In this document: positions 33,263 through 38,579 of the stretch, in pieces
Numbering within the stretch: the stretch's first letter is position 1
Layout: each line of letters opens with the position of its first letter
Origin: a virus
Taxonomy: Duplodnaviria; Caudoviricetes
DNA length: 38,579 nt
Direction: 5' to 3' (one strand)
IMG/VR virus record: IMGVR_UViG_3300037483_000703
Coordinates: 1 to 38,579 of that record
Made by a program: the position numbers and the translations under genes
The notes under the pieces: generated by a model
What the model was told of the DNA's origin: nothing
Databases searched by the model: none
What the model saw: the letters and a program-made list of their open reading frames with translations, nothing else

Positions 33263-35454
33263 CAGGCCTCGACCGCCGCCTTGACGGGCAGACCCTCGAA
33301 CTTCAGCTTCGTTTGGATGTATGGGTCGCGGTCCATGTCCCGCATCCAGCGCCGTTCGTCGGCGGACCACGACTCGTCGCCGGCCTCCATCAGCGCGCAG
33401 AAGCGGTGCCATGCGCGCAGGTCCATCTCCTCGAGCTCTTCTTTCCGGCGGCGTGCTTCGTCGAGGCTGTGGACGAGAGCGTCGGTGCGCGCCGTCGCCT
33501 CGGGGCCATGCGCCTGTGGCTCTGGTGCATTGCCGGCCGCCCGCGCCGCCTCGCCAGCCGCCTCGAGCTGCGGCGTCGTGTACGGCGTCGACGCCCGCGG
33601 CAGCATCGTCACCTTGGCGGCCTCGGCCAGCCGGTGCTCGAGCACCACGTTGACCACGTCTTCGGCCTTGAACGCCTTCTTGGCCTCGCGCAGTAGGGCG
33701 CGGCCCTCCGCGAGAGCTTCCTTCTGACGCCGGCGCGCGGCGGCGGCCACCTCCACCCGGGCGATGCCCAGGCGCTCGGGGCACTCGGCGATGCAGATGA
33801 ACTGCTCGCCGGTGCCGTCGTAGACGTAGACGCGGCCCAGGTCGTCTGGGTCGCACTTGACCTTGACGCGCTCGCCGATGTGGCCGGTGAGCTCGGGATG
33901 GACGAACTCGGCGCTCTCGATGCGCAGGCCTTTCTTCGTGACCGTGCGGCCGGCCCCCTGCGGCGCCTCAGCGAGCAGCACGTCCAGGGCGCGCTCGTCC
34001 TCGATACGGCGCACCGGCTGCGACCACGTGCTCACCACCTGAAACGGCGTCTTGCCGGCGAGGCCATCGTGCGTGCTGTGCGCGTAGATCGCCTCGCACC
34101 AGCGGTCGCCGAACGTCTGCAGCTCGGCCGCCGACATCTTCACTTCGATGACGGCGCCAGGCTCCATGATGCGCTCGGCAAAGCTCTTGCGTGACTCGAT
34201 CGCCTTGCGCTCGGCCACGCTGTGGCCGATGAAGCCCGGCAACAGCTCGAGCAGGCCATGTGAAAAGGTCTTGAATGAGCGTTCGATGAACGGCTTCTGC
34301 TCCGAGGCGAACGGGACGCACAGCTTGTGCTCCACCTCGAGGCTGCGCAGCACGTCGACCAGGTGTTGACTCGTGTAGTCCTTGCCCTGGTCGGTGCGCA
34401 CGCCCTCGGGTACGCCCCAGACGAGCGTGGCACGGCGGAATAGCGTCGCCACCATCGTGGCCTTGCTGGTCTTACTGACGAGCAGCTTGAACCGCCGTGA
34501 GAAGATGTCGATGACGCCGATGACGCTGTGCCGGCCGTCGGTGAGCATCAGGTCCGCCGGCGTCGTGTCCATCTCCCAGAGCTGGTTGAGGCGGATGATC
34601 GACGCGGCGGCGTCGCCAAACGCGGCCTGGAACTGGTTCTTCCAGGCGTCCGGGTTGGTGTGCAGGCACCAGAGCTGGGCGTGCTCGAGCTTCCAGGCCG
34701 CCATCCAACGCTGCACGCCGCGCAGGCTGACGGCGGCGGCGAGCTCGGCGTCCTTGGCCTGGAGGTAGTCGAAGACCTGCCCCGGGCGGATCGTCGGGGT
34801 GGTGGCCATCAGCCCGAGGATGAGCTTCGCCAGCGTAGTATTGGCGTTGACCTTCGACTTGCCGCGGTTGTGGCCGTAACCGTCGCTCAGGCCAATGAGG
34901 CCCTGTTCGCGCTCGGCCTTGGCCCAGCGATAGATCGTGGCGCGGTCGCAGCGCGGCACGTACTCGCGCACCCAGTCGGCGAGCTCGATGCGGCGGGCGG
35001 AGTACTCGGCAGCGAACAGGGCGGTGCCGCGCCGCTTGGCGAGCTGGCCCTGACGGAGAAACTGCTCGCACGCCTCGAGCACGCGCATGCGCGCCCGAGC
35101 GCGCTGCCTCTTTGTTTCGCTCAGGCGCTCGAACGCAGCCAGCCCGGTTTCTTTGGATTTGAGCCGGTCTTGTCGGCTTTGGTCGGCTTGGGCCCGCATC
35201 TCCCCGGCGAAGCTCTGGACGGCGGCGATTGCCGGGGAGGCCTGGTCGAGCTCGGCGGCGAGGGCGCGGCGGGCGAGCTCGGCGCGGGCGGTCTCGGGAA
35301 GGCAGCTGACAGGATACTCGCGGCCGCCGCCACGGCCGGCGCGCTCGCGGTAGGGCCACGACTCGCGGGCGGCCTGCAGGCGCACGTTTCGCCTGTCAGC
35401 TGGCAGCCCCGGCAACCCGGCGACATCGCTGGCGCTGTACCACTCGCGCGTCAC
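33262..35454 (-). CDS. MuA-like DDE transposase
   Basis: N-terminal Mu HTH (WYSA..GLPGLP..GRGGG.EY); catalytic WEMDTT, TDQGKDY and KPFIER; GTGA-coupled start. Confidence 0.95.
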   Translation of the reverse strand: MTREWYSASDVAGLPGLPADRRNVRLQAARESWPYRERAGRGGGREYPVSCLPETARAELARRALAAELDQASPAIAAVQSFAGEMRAQADQSRQDRLKSKETGLAAFERLSETKRQRARARMRVLEACEQFLRQGQLAKRRGTALFAAEYSARRIELADWVREYVPRCDRATIYRWAKAEREQGLIGLSDGYGHNRGKSKVNANTTLAKLILGLMATTPTIRPGQVFDYLQAKDAELAAAVSLRGVQRWMAAWKLEHAQLWCLHTNPDAWKNQFQAAFGDAAASIIRLNQLWEMDTTPADLMLTDGRHSVIGVIDIFSRRFKLLVSKTSKATMVATLFRRATLVWGVPEGVRTDQGKDYTSQHLVDVLRSLEVEHKLCVPFASEQKPFIERSFKTFSHGLLELLPGFIGHSVAERKAIESRKSFAERIMEPGAVIEVKMSAAELQTFGDRWCEAIYAHSTHDGLAGKTPFQVVSTWSQPVRRIEDERALDVLLAEAPQGAGRTVTKKGLRIESAEFVHPELTGHIGERVKVKCDPDDLGRVYVYDGTGEQFICIAECPERLGIARVEVAAAARRRQKEALAEGRALLREAKKAFKAEDVVNVVLEHRLAEAAKVTMLPRASTPYTTPQLEAAGEAARAAGNAPEPQAHGPEATARTDALVHSLDEARRRKEELEEMDLRAWHRFCALMEAGDESWSADERRWMRDMDRDPYIQTKLKFEGLPVKAAVEA

Positions 35455-35720
35455 GCGGCCACCTCGCGCGGGGCTGGAACGTTGTGGCCACAGGGAATCT
35501 CGCGGGCCATGGTGGTGTGGCACCGGGGGCAGTTGCGCAGCTCGAGGTCAGGGCCGTCCTCCATCTTGACAACTCGCATGGGCCCAGAGACGCGGCCGGT
35601 GTGGTCCACAGAAATCCGGTACTCCCAGTTCGAGCAGCACTGGATCCCTGGGCTGCACAGGGCATCCCACTCCGCGCGTGAGAACGTCTGCCCGCAGTCG
35701 CACCGCTTGAATGGCTTCAT
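35451..35720 (-). CDS. Zn-ribbon-like hypothetical protein
   Basis: KRCDCG..W..LELRNCPRCHTT; coupled on both sides. Confidence 0.7.
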   Translation of the reverse strand: MKPFKRCDCGQTFSRAEWDALCSPGIQCCSNWEYRISVDHTGRVSGPMRVVKMEDGPDLELRNCPRCHTTMAREIPCGHNVPAPREVAA

Positions 35721-36154
35721 CGTCGCCTCCGCAGCACGTCTTTGAGTGCCGCCTTGCGGGCGCGCACCTCTTGCTCCTGGCGCTCGAGCTTGCCGAGCTC
35801 GGCGAGCAGCGCGTCTTCACCAACCAGCACCTTGCAGCCGCGCTTGCGCGCGAGCAGCTCGCTCAGCGCGTAGCTCTCACACACCGACTCCAACGCGGCG
35901 GCGTACTGGAAGGGGAAGTTGTGCCGCTCGCGGCTCTCCGCCGTGTAGGCGTTGAGCATGCTGATGCTGACGTGGCGGCCGATGAGCTCGCTCATCTTGC
36001 CGGCCACGACCTCGCGGCTGAGCGGTGCAGCCTTGAGCATGGCCGACAGCGTCGCGCGCAACTCTGAGTCGATGTCGAGGCTGCCGGCCGCCGGCTCCGG
36101 CGCGCGCGGCACCTCGAACAGGTCGAGCGTGCGGCTGTCCCCCCGGCGCGCCAT
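35717..36154 (-). CDS. Phage regulatory protein (CII-like), upstream of the transposase
   Basis: TLDLF..SREVVAGKMS..MLNAYTAESRE.HN.P; GGAGG RBS. Confidence 0.8.
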   Translation of the reverse strand: MARRGDSRTLDLFEVPRAPEPAAGSLDIDSELRATLSAMLKAAPLSREVVAGKMSELIGRHVSISMLNAYTAESRERHNFPFQYAAALESVCESYALSELLARKRGCKVLVGEDALLAELGKLERQEQEVRARKAALKDVLRRRR

Positions 36155-36182
36155 GACTACGCCTCCGCCCCTGTCAGACGGG

Positions 36183-36280
36183 CGTGGTAGGAGGGCGGAG
36201 AAATCGGTCTCCTCTCCGTCTGACCGGCGGGGCGGAGACCAGTGCCCCGGGAGCGCGAGCTCCACGGAGAGGAGACCAAC
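36183..36280 (+). ncRNA. Structured leader element, copy 1
   Basis: Perfect 14-bp inverted repeat (36206-36219 / 36264-36277) enclosing two hairpins; the 3' arm contains the RBS. Confidence 0.65.
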
Positions 36281-36499
36281 ATGAGCAACAATGCAGAACG
36301 TGCGAAGCTGGCGCCGGAGCTGGTCGATCTGGCCGCCTTGGTGGTTAGCCGCGCAACAACGATGTCTCTGATAGAGAAGGGGGTGATCGCCGCAGAGGAC
36401 TTGCACACTGCGGTCGATGCGCTCCTGCCGGAGCGGAAGCTCGAGGGCACCAGGTCAGTGGTTGAGGCGGCACACGTCATGATCGACAGCCTCACTTGA
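36281..36499 (+). CDS. Antisense accessory protein, 72 aa
   Basis: GAGGAG RBS plus ATG; amphipathic helical sequence (LIEKGVI..EDL). Confidence 0.7.
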   Translation: MSNNAERAKLAPELVDLAALVVSRATTMSLIEKGVIAAEDLHTAVDALLPERKLEGTRSVVEAAHVMIDSLT

Positions 36500-36737
36500 G
36501 TCCAAGGATTCTTGCCTTGAGGTCGCGGACGGCCGCATCCGAGAGCTGAACGTCGTCGACGTGGACCTCGAGCGTGCCTGAGATGGCCTGGGGTTGAGCC
36601 ACGCACACCCTGGCGTCGCTATCGATGGTGACTGAGAGCTTGCGCTCGCACCTCGGGCGCATGGCCTCGGCCACGATCGGACGCACGAGCTTTGCGAGCA
36701 GCCTGACGAGCAGGCCGGGGCGCTTGGTCGGATTCAT
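36492..36737 (-). CDS. Hypothetical protein, 81 aa
   Basis: GGAG RBS; converges on the + strand gene with an 8-nt overlap. Confidence 0.55.
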   Translation of the reverse strand: MNPTKRPGLLVRLLAKLVRPIVAEAMRPRCERKLSVTIDSDARVCVAQPQAISGTLEVHVDDVQLSDAAVRDLKARILGLK

Positions 36738-36747
36738 GTCGGAGCTC

Positions 36748-36830
36748 CGTGGTTGCATGCCGGGGAAATCGGTCTCTCCCTCGTCGAAAGCGGGGCGGAG
36801 AGACCTTTGCCCCACGAGGGAGAGACCAAC
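36748..36830 (+). ncRNA. Structured leader element, copy 2
   Basis: Perfect 14-bp inverted repeat (36771-36784 / 36814-36827) with compensatory differences from copy 1. Confidence 0.65.
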
Positions 36831-37205
36831 ATGAACGGTATAGGGGAGTTGCGACCGCTAACGTTCAAAGACGCTGCCGATGTGCTGTGGCCATTCACCC
36901 AGGAAGTAGTTCGCCCGACGCTTGAGCTGGTTGGAGAAGCTCCGCTGGATCTCGATGCAGCCGACGAGACGGATGCGTTGGCTCGCCGTCTAGCGAAGGA
37001 CCCGCAGTACGACCTGCGACAGGCCGGCGCGGCAGCTGTCCGTTTGCTGTACCGCAGACTCACTTGGGCTCTGACCTTGTGCATGAAGGATCCGGAACGG
37101 CTGGTGTCTCGGATTCCAAGAGCGGCGACTCGGGAAGAAGTCCTGTCATTTCTGCTCGCCGCCGAAATTGCCGGCATGAAAGACCCCGAATCAGAGCTTC
37201 ATTAA
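36831..37205 (+). CDS. Antisense accessory protein, 124 aa
   Basis: GAGGGAG RBS plus ATG in the same context as 36281; lower GC than the core genes. Confidence 0.7.
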   Translation: MNGIGELRPLTFKDAADVLWPFTQEVVRPTLELVGEAPLDLDAADETDALARRLAKDPQYDLRQAGAAAVRLLYRRLTWALTLCMKDPERLVSRIPRAATREEVLSFLLAAEIAGMKDPESELH

Positions 37206-37265
37206 TGGCAGCGTGCACGGCGACGAGCTCGGGGGTCGGTAGGATGTTGAAGGCTCCGGCCATGT

Positions 37266-37607
37266 CTACGCGACTCCCTTCCGTTTGCTATTGGCTCCCC
37301 CTCGGGGGGCCGTGGTAACGTTGGCGCCATGGGTGGGGTTATTCTTCCGAGGCCGTCCCATGCGTCGGTTCGGCTGGCCGCTGGCGTCGTAGCGCTCGGG
37401 CCAAATCTGCTGCGGCTGCAACCCCAGCGCGGTGGCGATGGCGCGCTCCATCCGTGGGTAGGGACCTCGAAGAGCGTTCCCCGGGACACCCCTGGCGACG
37501 CCGAGCTCGCGGGCCAGGCTGCCCAGCGTGTAGCCCTTGAGCCGCAGGCGGTAGATGATCCACGCGCGGCGGGCTTTGGGGTCGGTCGGTGCGTCAATGA
37601 GCGTCAT
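37266..37607 (-). CDS. ner: Ner-like transcriptional regulator
   Basis: WIIYRLRLKGYTLGSLA..PYPRMERAIATALGL.PQQIWPERY; alternative start at 37619. Confidence 0.92.
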   Translation of the reverse strand: MTLIDAPTDPKARRAWIIYRLRLKGYTLGSLARELGVARGVPGNALRGPYPRMERAIATALGLQPQQIWPERYDASGQPNRRMGRPRKNNPTHGANVTTAPRGGANSKRKGVA

Positions 37608-37801
37608 GGGGTTATACATACAGAAAACTGTGAGTGGCAGTCAACAGTATTCTATGGTCCGCGCCCAAGGATCCCAGTTTCCTGTGAGCGGGTAGCTGTT
37701 CACTTCACAGCTTTCATGCGTCTTTCCGTGGGAGTCTGAGAAGTGGGATCACGGCCGCACGATCCCAGTTCGGATCCCAGTTGGCGGCGTGAACTGGGAT
37801 C
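37608..37801. promoter_or_regulatory. Divergent immunity region with operator-like repeats
   Basis: AT-rich; TTGACT on the minus strand (37644-37639); GATCCCAGTT at 37670, 37761 and 37773, inverted at 37792 and (1 mismatch) at 37741. Confidence 0.65.
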
Positions 37802-38201
37802 GAGGATTAAGGAGGCTGCCGCGTTGGTTGGGGGTCAGCGTGCACTCGCTCGGCTCGTCCACCTCCACGAGAACCAAATCGGAAACTACGCGCGTGGGGA
37901 CAATGCTCCCGGTGTTGGCGCTCTGGTGGCGATGGCCCACGCCGCAGGCGTGACGGTAGAGTGGCTCGCCACGGGCGAAGGCCCAAAGCACCCGGGCGAG
38001 CGGGCGCCCGAGCTCGGCGGGCCCATCCCCGTCGAGCACGTGCCGCTCGAGCGCGCCATCACTTGGCTGCGCGAGTGGTGGGCGCACGCGACGCCGGACG
38101 AGCGCACGTGGATGCGCATCCAGCTCGAGCGCACCTTTCCAGAGCTGGCGGAGTGGCAAAAAAAACAGGAGCCGAACTGCGGGAGGCAACACAACGGCTA
38201 G
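37743..38201 (+). CDS. Repressor (XRE-family HTH)
   Basis: LGSRIKEA..GQRALAR..IGNYARG..P..GVTVEWLATGEG; divergent from ner at the c end. Confidence 0.88.
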   Translation: MGSRPHDPSSDPSWRRELGSRIKEAAALVGGQRALARLVHLHENQIGNYARGDNAPGVGALVAMAHAAGVTVEWLATGEGPKHPGERAPELGGPIPVEHVPLERAITWLREWWAHATPDERTWMRIQLERTFPELAEWQKKQEPNCGRQHNG

Positions 38202-38394
38202 GATGGGTCATTCATACAAGTCCCACGGCGCCTGCCTCCCCATGTGTTCTAGGCTGGCGACAGTAGGCGAGGGGGGCGAGGTTTTCACGTTTTGGGCGTC
38301 ACGTTGACGGACGACCAAGGGGCAATGCACAATGGCAGAGAAGAAGCAGGGCGGCGCAAAGCCTGATCTCGGGCGCCAGTTTGTCCGTCGCTGA

Positions 38395-38557
38395 TCGCAA
38401 CCTGCCTGTCGCCGTGCTGTCTGCCGTGACAATCTGCCTGTCGCGACGAAATCGGCGCGCGCGTCAGCCCTGAAGCGGAAGTCCGCGTGCCCTCGGCAGA
38501 TTCCAGCTAGTTCCACGTCAGTCGCGCAAGTTCCGCGGATCGCAGACTGCCTGGCGC
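38395..38557. promoter_or_regulatory. attL-like end: three putative transposase-binding sites
   Basis: Minus-strand 18-mers GCGCCAGGCAGTCTGCGA (38557-38540), GCGACAGGCAGATTGTCA (38444-38427) and GCGACAGGCAGGTTGCGA (38412-38395) match the sites at the other end. Confidence 0.75.
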
Positions 38558-38579
38558 GGCACAAGATGGCGCTCGATCT

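Larger units (their letters stand above)
77..38563 (-). mobile_element. Complete Mu-like transposable prophage (myovirus type)
   Basis: Starts TGTAACGCGCCA (77) and ends TGGCGCGGCACA (38563), an imperfect inverted pair with TG..CA termini. Flanks are CGATG (72-76) and AGATG (38564-38568). Mu gene order, DDE transposase plus MuB. Confidence 0.92.

Noticed and set aside
160-36067. Many long + strand ORFs (e.g. 16961..18310, 23637..24974, 28130..29416, 34528..35745)
   Set aside because: They are antisense shadows of recognised genes in high-GC DNA, with no motifs.
36183-36830. Twin hairpins as integron attC sites or intrinsic terminators
   Set aside because: The RYYYAAC..GTTRRRY order is not met, there is no integron integrase, and there is no U-tract on either strand.
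37060-37263. 67-aa minus-strand ORF after ner
   Set aside because: It has a plausible RBS but overlaps the + strand gene by 146 nt, so it is not listed as a feature. It remains possible.
77-38563. Phage-encoded tRNA (selC or suppressor) or genome-wide UGA reassignment
   Set aside because: I recognised no cloverleaf in the few intergenic gaps (tRNAscan-SE/ARAGORN would confirm), and many genes end in TGA with ATGA/TGATG coupling.

Overview
The window holds an apparently complete, GC-rich Mu-like transposable (pro)phage of about 38.5 kb (77..38563, TG...CA ends), with only short host flanks. It lies mostly on the minus strand. From right to left it carries: repressor (+), ner, two antisense accessory genes, MuA transposase, MuB ATPase, gam, ASCH, a Dam-like methyltransferase, gemA and mor; then lysis, terminase, portal, MuF, protease/scaffold and capsid; then a contractile tail, baseplate, beta-propeller fibres and three accessory genes. 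I see no gin, com or mom. Top findings: (1) the MuF/gp30 gene has an in-frame UGA at a conserved Cys (PPNGWG-UGA-TC), followed by a bacterial SECIS-like hairpin. This suggests a phage selenoprotein whose C-terminal nuclease-like domain is made only on readthrough, and a kissing-loop RNA candidate follows the gene. (2) A -1 frameshift signal (G GGC CCU plus pseudoknot) in the lysis cassette would add a beta-strand C-terminus to a membrane protein. (3) Two co-varying copies of a switch-like RNA leader sequester the RBS of the antisense accessory genes. Family names come from motif recognition and Mu synteny; no searches were run.
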